DNA from: a virus
Taxonomy: Duplodnaviria > Caudoviricetes
Virus record (IMG/VR): IMGVR_UViG_3300044638_006829
Coordinates: 1-56,434 of that record
Length of the DNA: 56,434 nt
Direction: 5' to 3' (one strand)
Part shown: one piece after another, positions 19,886 through 28,672 of the stretch
How positions within the stretch are numbered: position 1 is the first letter of the stretch
Layout of the letters: the number at the start of each line of letters is the position of its first letter
Notes under the pieces: generated by a model
The model's input: the letters and a program-made list of their open reading frames with translations, nothing else
What the model was told of the DNA's origin: nothing
Databases searched by the model: none
Translations under genes and position numbers: made by a program

Positions 19886-20423
19886 ACTCCCTTATTCGGC
19901 GATTAGTATCCTCGAAATCGGGCAAGTAAAATACAAATCCGTAACATCTTGAGTTTGTAAGCTTAGGTAACTCAGGCATGTCCAAATACAGCGAGGGGTG
20001 CTCTTTCAAAATGCACATAGGCAGATCAATATTTAACTTCTGAGTTGTTATCAAAGCAACTTCAGATGACGTTAAGAAAACTATGCCTTCTCTGAACGTG
20101 TTTTTTAAATATTGACGGTAGCACTCCTCAAGCCAGACTCTTTGTGCAGATTTTTGAAACCTGCGATTACGTCTGAACAGATGGGGATCTTTAGGTTGTT
20201 CAGACGACGATAAAAGATCCCGTGGCGGATAAAGGTATATGTTTTTTGCTTTCCACGTCTGCCGCAGACCGTTGTGCTCCGGAGTGAAATACCGGTTGGC
20301 ATTAACCAACGTGTTGGCGGCTTCACTCGATGCCGGATCTAGATCAATTTCTCCTCCTAGGAACGATGTCGTTACCCCAATAAGATCCGGAGGAGAAACA
20401 AAGTCAATCGTTGTTTGCGGCAT
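19845..20423 (-). CDS. phage N6-adenine methyltransferase-like protein with a degenerate catalytic motif
   Basis: IDLDPASS..AN..V.A..YFT....GL...W family motif; NPPY position reads YPPR. Confidence 0.7.
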   Translation of the reverse strand: MPQTTIDFVSPPDLIGVTTSFLGGEIDLDPASSEAANTLVNANRYFTPEHNGLRQTWKAKNIYLYPPRDLLSSSEQPKDPHLFRRNRRFQKSAQRVWLEECYRQYLKNTFREGIVFLTSSEVALITTQKLNIDLPMCILKEHPSLYLDMPELPKLTNSRCYGFVFYLPDFEDTNRRIREFIESYSPLGRVYC

Positions 20424-20826
20424 CAACAATACTGTTTAAGCGTTCATCTGCTTCGCATAAATCTAAAACGTGTAGGCTCATCCCTTTGGTGGAGACCAAC
20501 ACGACAACTCCGGTATCCTTTTTGTCGCCGTACTTTTGCGTAATCTTGATTGCTTCTGTCAGGAAAGAAGATGTGCCGTTGTCGCACATTTCCTCAGCAA
20601 GCGCCAAGTCGACTTTGAGATCATCTAAAGTCATGTAGACACTCTTATCCGGTTTAGACGGATTGAAACAAAGAACGCCAACACCTTTAGCTTGTTTAAA
20701 CTCCCCGTAAAGAGTCACCATGTCCCCGGTGATCATCTTCGCAGCATTCAGGCCAATCCGATTTTTTACTTCGGATTTACCAAAAAGATTCTTAGCTAAT
20801 TTGTCTACGTTGCTTAAATCAAACAT
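20404..20826 (-). CDS. hypothetical protein
   Basis: ATG at 20826 (MFDLSNV) overlaps the upstream stop; the longer track ORF is probably over-extended. Confidence 0.6.
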   Translation of the reverse strand: MFDLSNVDKLAKNLFGKSEVKNRIGLNAAKMITGDMVTLYGEFKQAKGVGVLCFNPSKPDKSVYMTLDDLKVDLALAEEMCDNGTSSFLTEAIKITQKYGDKKDTGVVVLVSTKGMSLHVLDLCEADERLNSIVDAANND

Positions 20827-21154
20827 TTTTGTAGTTGGCGAAATTCTGCCATGCGGCTTCAAGGACTTTAGCCGCATCAAAGAGAAATGCGGAGGTATTG
20901 GTTTCCGTCGGGTCAAGTTTGCAGTAATGAACGCCTTCAACCAACCCAGCCGTGCCGCCGCTTGCAATACCAGTATGAACAAGTTTATCCACGACAACAG
21001 GAGCCACATTGAGGCGCGAGGCAATAGCCCTCTTGTTAACAAACGCTGTGGTGATGCCGCCCGCTTTCGCATTGGATAAAATCTGCAAACTGGTGTCGAT
21101 GTTGGTGAGAACTTCAGTCAACTTTTTAAGTTCTCTGGAGTAATCTGCTGTCAT
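20819..21154 (-). CDS. putative excisionase-like HTH protein
   Basis: FVNKRAIASRLNV....V..L...EGVHY pattern. Confidence 0.5.
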   Translation of the reverse strand: MTADYSRELKKLTEVLTNIDTSLQILSNAKAGGITTAFVNKRAIASRLNVAPVVVDKLVHTGIASGGTAGLVEGVHYCKLDPTETNTSAFLFDAAKVLEAAWQNFANYKNV

Positions 21155-21296
21155 CTGAACAATGGTAGGGAGGCCGCCGAGTCACCGAGTACTCGGCAAC
21201 CCAGATCGTTTACAAGCCGTAGGAAACGACAAAAACTACGACTACCTCCCAAGATACTGCGTTTGGGCCGTTCTTACCAAACACAGCTCCCCTAGT

Positions 21297-21722
21297 TTAG
21301 GGAAGTCGTAGCCATTCGGCGTCAGATACGTCTTTTACATCTTTGAATTGTCTGTTGAATCCCGCACGAATTTTTTTGGTTATGTGCGAAGTCTCGAAGC
21401 GAGACACGTGGTGATACGGATTGACGCAGCCAATTGTCCCGCAAGTTCTTTTTAGAACGCTATTTCCTATATCTCCTCGGAAAAATGCGTAATAAACGTT
21501 CTCTATGCGCAATTTTTTACCTAAAACAGTCAGATTGCCGAAATTTGATTTCCAGCACGTAAAAAGATCTTGATTTTGGAGTGTGAGTTGCGTTAGTAAA
21601 GCTCTTAATTCGGGTTCAACTTTATTCAAATCTGGGAAAACCGGAGGATCGTCCAGTTCTTTTAGGCAATCCGGGCACATGGTGTCTTTTTTGCTGTGTT
21701 CCCGGTTTTTTATGCAAATCAC
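21297..21722 (-). CDS. His-Cys-box/HNH_3-like protein lacking the catalytic His
   Basis: CW...YY.FF.GDI....KRTC...GCVNPYH; N-terminal CxxC. Confidence 0.65.
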   Translation of the reverse strand: MICIKNREHSKKDTMCPDCLKELDDPPVFPDLNKVEPELRALLTQLTLQNQDLFTCWKSNFGNLTVLGKKLRIENVYYAFFRGDIGNSVLKRTCGTIGCVNPYHHVSRFETSHITKKIRAGFNRQFKDVKDVSDAEWLRLP

Positions 21723-22153
21723 ATCAATTTCTCCAGTTGTTGTACAAAATCATCGGGCTCCTCGATTAGAAGATCAATCAGGGTCTTGAGTGTTTTAGAG
21801 ACTTCACACGATTTTGGATCGTTTCCTACGCTTTCTTTTTCGGTCAGTGTCAACCAATACGTATAAGCGTTTAAAAGATACAAATGGGTCTGTTTTGCCC
21901 GCAAAGCTTGGGCTTTCCACTTTTCATATTCAAAGCTGCTGTTGTGACGGCTGCTGCCAGTTTTAAGTTCTAGTTCTCGAATTTCAATCTGCAGCTCAAT
22001 ATCGCGGATTGTGTACTGCGTGGCCGAGATCTTAGCTTTGCACTCCTGTACAGACTCCGGCTGTTTGTTATCGGAATAAATCCAAACCGGTAAATTCTCA
22101 ATGATGTACTCTTTATCCCAGAGTGAAGGCTTGAGTTCTGTTGAAATTGTCAT
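21719..22153 (-). CDS. coiled-coil hypothetical protein
   Basis: ATG at 22153 overlaps the upstream stop; heptad segment IRDIELQIEIRELEL. Confidence 0.6.
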   Translation of the reverse strand: MTISTELKPSLWDKEYIIENLPVWIYSDNKQPESVQECKAKISATQYTIRDIELQIEIRELELKTGSSRHNSSFEYEKWKAQALRAKQTHLYLLNAYTYWLTLTEKESVGNDPKSCEVSKTLKTLIDLLIEEPDDFVQQLEKLM

Positions 22154-22482
22154 AGATCTAGAGTCTCGCAAATTAAAGTGTTGAACTCGCCGTTAATACA
22201 GTACAAAACGTGTTGTTCAAAAGATGTTCGACAAACAATTTCGTACTTAATCAGCCTGTTTAAATCTCGTAAGATTTTCAATTTGGATGTTCCGAGATTT
22301 GCTACTAGGTCTGCTGTAGATAACGGCTGCTCGGATGTTAGCAGATAAAGCAAATCTGCGTAATGCTTCACGCAAGCACGGATTTTTTTATATTCGTGAT
22401 CGTTCGTATGGAAAGATCTTTGTTGTACTTGGCGTGTAGCAGCTGTTTGATCACTCGGGTTTTTAGATTCTTCGAAATCCAT
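22150..22482 (-). CDS. winged-HTH protein
   Basis: PLSTADLVANLGTSKLKILRDLNRLIKYEIV..Y. Confidence 0.65.
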   Translation of the reverse strand: MDFEESKNPSDQTAATRQVQQRSFHTNDHEYKKIRACVKHYADLLYLLTSEQPLSTADLVANLGTSKLKILRDLNRLIKYEIVCRTSFEQHVLYCINGEFNTLICETLDL

Positions 22483-23033
22483 GTTTTCACGTCTTCCCGC
22501 ATTTCAGGAGTGACTTTAGTTGCGGGGCTGGCGGCGACCATCATGTGATGCGGATTGACGCATTCAGCGTCGCCGCAAGTCGTCATGATCTTATCTTTTT
22601 CGGAAAGGACGACGTTGTGGAACTTCGTGTACACAAATCTTCTTGGTCTCATAATTGTCTTATCTGTCGCATCGACGAGACGCGCAAAACTGCAGGGCAG
22701 ATAGACGTGCTGATCTGGAGTAAGGGCTAAGCGGTTCTGCTTGAACCAGACTGCGACCTTATCGGAAGCGCTCCTGGCAGCTCGCAGCTCCTCTAGGCAG
22801 ATGGGGCAGGCGTAAAGACCTGCGACTGGGTGCGACCGCTCTAGATCCTGCGTGGCGACGAGGATTGCCTCATGACGACCGCACTTACAGGTCAGGGTCG
22901 AGGTATTGCCACGCTCTTCGACTCGGAATGAGTCCAAGGTATAGACCCGTGAGACTAGGCCTGTTGCAGGCTCGACAGCGGTTTGGACTAGCAAGCCCAG
23001 GACTGAGACCAGGACAGGGTTGAACATAGGCAT
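22368..23033 (-). CDS. His-Cys-box/HNH_3-like protein lacking the catalytic His, with C-terminal HTH
   Basis: CxC.H...CxxC; RRFVY...MTTC...ECVNPHH; HTH-like tail; start uncertain. Confidence 0.65.
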   Translation of the reverse strand: MPMFNPVLVSVLGLLVQTAVEPATGLVSRVYTLDSFRVEERGNTSTLTCKCGRHEAILVATQDLERSHPVAGLYACPICLEELRAARSASDKVAVWFKQNRLALTPDQHVYLPCSFARLVDATDKTIMRPRRFVYTKFHNVVLSEKDKIMTTCGDAECVNPHHMMVAASPATKVTPEMREDVKTWISKNLKTRVIKQLLHAKYNKDLSIRTITNIKKSVLA

Positions 23034-23069
23034 ACACCTAGTTGCATGGTGCTCACACAAGGATAGCAC

Positions 23070-23388
23070 GGCGAACCTTGCCTTTGAATATTAATTTTGT
23101 TTCTAGAGGGTTACTTAACGTAAATTACCCGTCTCACTTGAGTCTCATGTTGATTCGAGTTTTTATCTTGCCTAATCGCAGCGCAATTCGAGTGTTAACT
23201 GTATTACTACATTAATTTTTATATTATTTACAGTTCGCGATTTACACGCAATTAACGTTAAGTCGAGCCGATTGGAAACTTTTTTTGCCGCGAGAGTCTG
23301 ACAGGCAACGGCGTGGCATTAGGCACCCTTTGGTAAGTTTTAACAATTACTGGTAGTATTGGTTCATAAAACACCGTAGGTGTTCCAA
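23070..23388. promoter_or_regulatory. AT-rich divergent intergenic control region
   Basis: Longest non-coding gap at a strand switch; imperfect palindrome gggttacttaacgtaaattaccc (23108-23130), GTCTCA twice, TTAACGTTAA. Confidence 0.5.
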
Positions 23389-23553
23389 ATGGCCGCTGTA
23401 CCCGCTGTACCTGTTAGCATCGACGAGAGCCCTGACGCCAAGTTCTGGGCAGAGTGCCGTAAACGCGCTCTAGAGCTGAACATTCCTGCCTGGCAACTTG
23501 CTGAGGAGGGGTTCCGGCATCCAGCTATTGACAAGCACACCCGCAGAGGGTAG
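23389..23553 (+). CDS. 54-aa hypothetical protein (not in ORF track)
   Basis: MAAVPAVPVSIDESPDAKFWAECRKRALELNIPAWQLAEEGF...RRG*. Confidence 0.55.
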   Translation: MAAVPAVPVSIDESPDAKFWAECRKRALELNIPAWQLAEEGFRHPAIDKHTRRG

Positions 23554-23582
23554 GTTCGTTCGGCAATCAACTTGAATTTTAG

Positions 23583-23957
23583 ATGTCTGAACCCAGGACT
23601 GAGGCGGAACGTCGCGAGCGTTTTCAGCGATTGTATGAAGGGTATATGGAGGGAAAAAGTTATCGGGAATTGGGTTCGTTGTTTGGACTTAGCGCTGAAC
23701 GGGTGCGTCAAGTTTTAAAAGCCTGTGCCAATGAGACTGAAATGCGTAATTTGCGCGAACGCATCGATAACCGGTGTATGAACACTTGGCGAGCTAAAGA
23801 AGTCTGCCATTTGCTAGATGCCGGCAACAGCTGCAGCGCAGTAGCCAAACTTTTAAATATTTCGGTTGACGCTGTTAAACGCGTATCTTCGAAACGTCGT
23901 AAGCGTTCCGTTGTTACGTTGTTACCTGGCGCAAAATCTACCGAGTGCCCCGTCTAA
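23583..23957 (+). CDS. double-HTH (sigma70 region-4-like) regulator
   Basis: GKSYRELG..FGLSAERVRQV and GNSCSAVAKLLNISVDAVKR. Confidence 0.75.
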   Translation: MSEPRTEAERRERFQRLYEGYMEGKSYRELGSLFGLSAERVRQVLKACANETEMRNLRERIDNRCMNTWRAKEVCHLLDAGNSCSAVAKLLNISVDAVKRVSSKRRKRSVVTLLPGAKSTECPV

Positions 23958-24009
23958 AACCTTCTTAGGATGTAGAATTGGGCGAGGAGGCTAGCTTTAA
24001 ACTTAGTAG

Positions 24010-24876
24010 ATGACCCTAGCTCCTTGCCCTACACACGGAAGTACATATCGTGCTCTGCATGAGCACAACTTTCGCGGTATTGTCGAGGTCATCGACGAAC
24101 TGTTCTACACAATTTCTGGGGTCGTGGGAACTACTAGCTACTCCAGATGCGCTGTAGGCTACCCTTGGAACTTTGAAGGGGTTGTACGCGCCTTAGAAGA
24201 TCTAAATACGACTATAAGCGGCATTCAAAGTGGTGGCGGAGGGGGGACAAATGTTGTTGCCGGTTCTGGTATTTACACCACTACTAGTGGAAGTTATACC
24301 CTTATTAATACAGCTATTATTCAAGGATCTGGTACGTATATAACGTATAGTGGATTTTATGCCCAGGTAAACGCTACTGTAACTAGTGCATCTGGTATTA
24401 TTTATACCGCTGGTTCTGGTTTATATCTTTCTGATGGTGGAACCCGTTTTAACACCTTAAAAACTGGCGGTAACGTAACTGTTTCTGGCGCACCGTCTAT
24501 TCCTGTGTCGGCGGGAGATCTTTGGTTTGATACACTTGAAGGTCGTCTTTTTGTCTACGCCAGCGGCAATGGCGTTTCGTTGCCCGCGTGGTATCAGACA
24601 AATGCGGAACCTGTTGTTCTTAAAGGGGATACTCCACCTTCTGGCGCCGGGTTGAACTCGCCGCCTCGTGATGGGTTGCTTTGGTATAACACCCTAATGG
24701 GCAACTTATTTGTTTATGATGCCACTACTAGTGGTTGGTATGAAACTGGCTCTTCGCGCAGTTTTGCCTATGGTTCTTCTGCTCCGGCACCCAGTGTTCA
24801 GGGTGCTGGTTGGTACGATGACACTTCTAGCGCCTTAAAAGTGTGGAATGGTACTGCCTGGATTGTTGCCAACTAA
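24010..24876 (+). CDS. tail-fibre-like virion protein
   Basis: AGSGI/AGSGL repeats and three P....GDLW.DT..G.L.VY...W modules. Confidence 0.7.
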   Translation: MTLAPCPTHGSTYRALHEHNFRGIVEVIDELFYTISGVVGTTSYSRCAVGYPWNFEGVVRALEDLNTTISGIQSGGGGGTNVVAGSGIYTTTSGSYTLINTAIIQGSGTYITYSGFYAQVNATVTSASGIIYTAGSGLYLSDGGTRFNTLKTGGNVTVSGAPSIPVSAGDLWFDTLEGRLFVYASGNGVSLPAWYQTNAEPVVLKGDTPPSGAGLNSPPRDGLLWYNTLMGNLFVYDATTSGWYETGSSRSFAYGSSAPAPSVQGAGWYDDTSSALKVWNGTAWIVAN

Positions 24877-24939
24877 GGTTCTACACCTTGCTTACCCTTG
24901 ACGTAAGCTTTAAACTCTGAACGCCACATCCTCATCAAC

Positions 24940-25068
24940 ATGGCCAAACCTAAATCTACCATTGATAAAATCGAATCCAAGCCTAAGACAACCTCGATCG
25001 GACAAGGGCTTCACTCCCGTCCTGAACGTCGCGGCAAAAAGAAAATGCGCGGCCAAGGAAAAGGCTAA
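24940..25068 (+). CDS. 42-aa basic peptide (not in ORF track)
   Basis: MAKPKS...KPKTTSIGQGLHSRP.RRGKKKMRGQGKG*, a type of small peptide common in cyanophages. Confidence 0.6.
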   Translation: MAKPKSTIDKIESKPKTTSIGQGLHSRPERRGKKKMRGQGKG

Positions 25069-25092
25069 ACTGTAAGTAGATACAAAGCCGAA

Positions 25093-25572
25093 ATGGCAAT
25101 TGCAAGTTTTTTAGCTGGCGAAGCTATTTCGGCTGGTGATGTTGTTTTTATTTCCAATAGCGGTCAGATATATAAAAGCAGTTCTGTTTATTTCACTCAG
25201 GCGGCTGTTGCCGGCGTGGCTCTTGATTCAGCTATTGCCGGATCTCAAGTTCGCATAAATTGTGATCATATTTACGTTGGGTATTCTGGTTTAGTTCCCG
25301 GTGAATTTCAGTATGTCGATGTTCTTAATTCGGGTCGGTTAGCTACCTACAGCACTTGGGTTAACGGACTACTCGACACTTCTTTACCTCAAGCTTTTCT
25401 CGCCAAAATTGGAGTTTCTGTCAGTTCTTCTGGATTATCAATAGAGCGAGAAATACCGTTACTAATTAGTAACCCTTCAGAAGTTGTTTTGCTGGACTCT
25501 AGTTCAGGAATCTTTATTAGCAGCCTTACCTTAGAAAATAGCTCTAAAATAAATCTAGAATCAGCGCCTTAG
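25093..25572 (+). CDS. virion protein (AGE.I..GD.V cement-like fold)
   Basis: AGEAISAGDVV...GVAL.....G..V...GL.PG...Y; similar to 28141-28644. Confidence 0.55.
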   Translation: MAIASFLAGEAISAGDVVFISNSGQIYKSSSVYFTQAAVAGVALDSAIAGSQVRINCDHIYVGYSGLVPGEFQYVDVLNSGRLATYSTWVNGLLDTSLPQAFLAKIGVSVSSSGLSIEREIPLLISNPSEVVLLDSSSGIFISSLTLENSSKINLESAP

Positions 25573-25580
25573 AGTCGGAC

Positions 25581-27074
25581 GTGGCAAACCAAAAAATTTC
25601 GCAATTACCGGCAATAGTTTCCGCAGCCTCCGCTGATTATTTTCCGGTTGTTGTGGATGCCACTACGTCTAATGCTCGGATTTCTGTTGCAGCGCTCTTA
25701 GCTAGCGTCCCTATCGGATCCGCAGCTAGTCCTTCGTTTGCTTTTAATGGAGATACAAATACGGGTATTTATAGTCCAGGCGCAGACCAAGTAGCCATCT
25801 CAACTAATGGCACTGGGCGGTTGTTTGTTGATGCGAATGGTCGGGTTGGCGTTGGCCTTGCGAGCCCAACGGACGCGCTATCGATCAACGGCAGCATTAA
25901 CATCGCACCTGGCAGCGGAGGTATACTTCGACTATTTGAAACAAACACTACAAGACTTAACTATCTAGTCGCCGGTGCCGATGACTCTGGTGCTTATTTT
26001 GACAGCACTTATAACAGCGGAGGCAGCGGAGCATTAGTTTTTCGCACACTTGGATCCGAGCGTATGCGCCTGGACTCCAGTGGCCGCTTGGGGTTGGGGA
26101 ATAGTGCAGTTACTGGTACAAACACAAGGCTAGAAGTCTCCAACGATTCTGCTGAAATAAAAGTTTCATCTACGGCTGCTTTTAACGCCAACTTTAGGGG
26201 TATTCGGTTTGGTATAGCTGGTGATTCATATGACTACTCTGGCGTCAGGTTCCAGCCAAATTCAGGCGAACTTCGCACAGAAGCCGGTTTTGCGGGCTGG
26301 GGTGGTCTGCAGACTTTCTATACCAACGGGTTGGAGCGAGTTCGCATAAGCTCAACAGGAGCGGTAGGGATTGGCACTGCGACGGTTAACGCAAAGCTAG
26401 AAGTTGCAGGTGGCAATATCCGTCTCGACAACAACCAAGGCGTCGAATGGGGCGGGGGAAACAACTACATCTACGGCAACGAATCAACAGACTTCATCGC
26501 TATTGCAACCAACGGTAACGAGAGGAGCCGTTGGGATAGTTCAGGGCGCCTGTTGGTTGGCACGTCTACTAGCTCTGTTATGGGCGAAAATATACAGGTT
26601 AATAGCAGCCTTGGCTTAACAGGTACCAGCACCAATCAACTAAACTATTACGGAACAGGATTTGAGGTTGTCAATAGAAACGCGAGTGCCGTAGGTATTA
26701 ATTTTTACGTCGGAGCGGGTGGCACTGCACCCGTGGCTTCGCTTTCTACGTCTGGTGTGTGGACAAACGCATCAGATATTAGAAACAAAGAAAATGTAGA
26801 GGACATTCATTATGGCATTGAAACAGTCAAGTCCCTTTCCCCTAGGGAGTTTGATGTCAAAGCAAATGGTCGCCATGCTATTGGGTTCATTGCACAAGAA
26901 GTTCAAGAGCTAATCCCAGAAGTTATACACGAGACATTTATTGGCGTGACCCAGGAAACGCACCTTGGCCTTGACTATGGCTCTCTGACTGCTGTGTTAA
27001 CAAAAGCCCTGCAGGAAGCCATTGGTCGCATCGAATCCCTAGAAGCTGAAGTAGCAGCTCTCAAGGGCGTCTAG
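25581..27074 (+). CDS. tail fibre with C-terminal intramolecular chaperone (peptidase S74)
   Basis: KISQLP N-terminus; repeated ER.R.DSSG..GIG motifs; SD.R.K.N...GFIAQEV...PE...DY..L..ALQE. Confidence 0.9.
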   Translation: MANQKISQLPAIVSAASADYFPVVVDATTSNARISVAALLASVPIGSAASPSFAFNGDTNTGIYSPGADQVAISTNGTGRLFVDANGRVGVGLASPTDALSINGSINIAPGSGGILRLFETNTTRLNYLVAGADDSGAYFDSTYNSGGSGALVFRTLGSERMRLDSSGRLGLGNSAVTGTNTRLEVSNDSAEIKVSSTAAFNANFRGIRFGIAGDSYDYSGVRFQPNSGELRTEAGFAGWGGLQTFYTNGLERVRISSTGAVGIGTATVNAKLEVAGGNIRLDNNQGVEWGGGNNYIYGNESTDFIAIATNGNERSRWDSSGRLLVGTSTSSVMGENIQVNSSLGLTGTSTNQLNYYGTGFEVVNRNASAVGINFYVGAGGTAPVASLSTSGVWTNASDIRNKENVEDIHYGIETVKSLSPREFDVKANGRHAIGFIAQEVQELIPEVIHETFIGVTQETHLGLDYGSLTAVLTKALQEAIGRIESLEAEVAALKGV

Positions 27075-27085
27075 TCCTACTCACT

Positions 27086-27117
27086 AGACCATTTTGTTGA
27101 TGTCACCAATATGGTCT
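27086..27117. repeat. 32-nt imperfect palindrome just after the tail-fibre stop
   Basis: agaccat-tttgttga-tg-tcaccaat-atggtct; no U-tract. Confidence 0.6.
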
Positions 27118-27195
27118 GATCGCCTGCGTCAAGCGTATAGTGGTAGGGCAGCGGTGCGTCAACACCCTGCCCCTGGCCACAGTTCCCTAGAAACC

Positions 27196-27357
27196 ATGAC
27201 CAATCAAGAGTATTACGAGATCAGCGCCGAAGACAACGACGAAGACGTGACCGAGCTGGTCAAGCACGTCGCCGAGAAGGTTGAAGGCGTCACTGTCGAA
27301 ACCAAAGAAGGCGGCTCAATCAAAATGACTGGTGGAGCTTCAATTAAGTTCGGCTGA
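27196..27357 (+). CDS. 53-aa acidic moron-like protein
   Basis: MTNQEYY...; preceded by TATAGT (27136) and hairpin gggcag.ggtg-cgtcaa-cacc.ctgccc. Confidence 0.55.
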   Translation: MTNQEYYEISAEDNDEDVTELVKHVAEKVEGVTVETKEGGSIKMTGGASIKFG

Positions 27358-27360
27358 TAA

Positions 27361-27572
27361 CTCGTAGTCATTCCACTTCTATGTCAAAACTACCGACAAA
27401 ACAAATCTGCCTCCTTGGAGGCCCCGGAAACACAAAGCGGCTAACAGTGCCTGCTTACTTCACGACCTTTGCTTACCCAGTTGGCTCGGGCTGTAACTAC
27501 CGGGAGTACGTCTACAACCAGTCAAGCGCGGATCCTGATTGCTTTCAGTATGAAGGCCGAGCCTCGTAGTCA
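27361..27572 (+). repeat. 10-bp direct repeat CTCGTAGTCA flanking a mini-gene
   Basis: Exact copies at 27361-27370 and 27563-27572. Confidence 0.7.
27381..27569 (+). CDS. 62-aa hypothetical cassette protein
   Basis: I.LLGGP motif; its stop codon lies inside the right-hand repeat. Confidence 0.55.
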   Translation: MSKLPTKQICLLGGPGNTKRLTVPAYFTTFAYPVGSGCNYREYVYNQSSADPDCFQYEGRAS

Positions 27573-27647
27573 CCTTCGCTAATCTCGGCAAAAGCTGTGT
27601 GATGCGATAGACTTCCGCTATTCTGTAAAAAGAATCATTTTTAATCG

Positions 27648-27956
27648 ATGGCCGACACTGTTTTTAGCTGGAAAATTGCGCAACTTGAACGTGAAGTTTC
27701 TGACGGTTATGTATTTACAGCACATTACACCGTGGACGCCAGAGATGGCGCGTACTCCGCTGGGGCTTATGGAAGTATTGGTTTTGAACGGCCTAAAAGT
27801 GAACTGATTCCTTTTAGTGACCTTAATGAAGATCTCGTAGTTTCTTGGGTTAAAGAGAAACTTGGCGAAGAGCAAGTCGTTTCTGTGGAAACCGCCCTGC
27901 AGGCTCAGCTAGAGGAACAACGCAAACCCAGCAAAGCTGCGGGTGTTCCTTGGTAA
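27648..27956 (+). CDS. conserved tail-fibre-associated protein
   Basis: W.I..LER...DG.V..AHY...GAYGS.G...LIPF.DL....V..WV...GVPW. Confidence 0.75.
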   Translation: MADTVFSWKIAQLEREVSDGYVFTAHYTVDARDGAYSAGAYGSIGFERPKSELIPFSDLNEDLVVSWVKEKLGEEQVVSVETALQAQLEEQRKPSKAAGVPW

Positions 27957-27976
27957 TTAAACAAACATTTAGATAT

Positions 27977-28005
27977 ATAGGGTGCTTTTTATGCACCCTA
28001 TTTTT
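27977..28005 (+). terminator. Rho-independent terminator
   Basis: atagggtgc / gcaccctat stem followed by a T-run. Confidence 0.7.
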
Positions 28006-28140
28006 GAAATTTTTATAAGTTTCAAACTTTAATCTTTTTATGCGCTCACATCTTCGTTTATACTAAAAACATTAAAGCGATTGTTTGACAGTGCTTAATT
28101 TAGGTATTTCTCTATTAGACACATTTTTTGGAGTTTGATA

Positions 28141-28644
28141 ATGACAAATCGCGCAATTTTTAATCGACAATACACCTCCTACACTCCTGGCGGAACTGAA
28201 GTCTGGTTAGTTAACGGAACTGCCGTAACTACAACTCCAGTAATATCACAAAGTTTTACAGCTGGTGAAAATTTGGTTCAAGGTCAAGCTGTTTATGTCA
28301 GCGGGACGTATGCTTTTTCGGCTTCGGCGGCTAGCGGAGTAGCTACAACTCAATATAACGTTATAGGGTTTACTACAACTGCAGCAGCTTTGTCCACAGC
28401 TGTGGCAGTTGTGGTTGACGATATTGCGTTTATTAGTTCTGCAAACCTCGCCGGGGCCACTCAACTTACTCCTGGAACGTATTATTATCTCTCAAAGTAC
28501 ACTGGACAAATTACCCCGTATTCAACAACTTCGGGTACTGTCACAGCGTCCGGCGGATACGCTGCACTAGTCAATATCGGACAGGCTCTCAGTACAACAG
28601 AATTACAAGTTGAAATCGAACCCCCCGTAGTTCTTTACGATTGA
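28141..28644 (+). CDS. virion protein (cement-like fold)
   Basis: AGENL..GQAVYV...LTPG..YYLS...GQIT...IGQALSTTEL. Confidence 0.6.
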   Translation: MTNRAIFNRQYTSYTPGGTEVWLVNGTAVTTTPVISQSFTAGENLVQGQAVYVSGTYAFSASAASGVATTQYNVIGFTTTAAALSTAVAVVVDDIAFISSANLAGATQLTPGTYYYLSKYTGQITPYSTTSGTVTASGGYAALVNIGQALSTTELQVEIEPPVVLYD

Positions 28645-28672
28645 CGTATAATTAACCTGAGGGAGGATTTTT

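Noticed and set aside
20827-21072. N-terminal extension of the track ORF 20404-21072 (likewise 54213-54293 and 27094-27195)
   Set aside because: These overlap better-supported genes or regulatory sequence; downstream ATGs give better coupling.
16718-21154. Prophage or lysogeny module suggested by excisionase-like HTH genes
   Set aside because: No integrase, att site or host genes in the window; lifestyle cannot be fixed from this fragment.
25581-27074. Diversity-generating retroelement or invertible tail-fibre cassette
   Set aside because: No reverse transcriptase, invertase or TR/VR pair found in the window.
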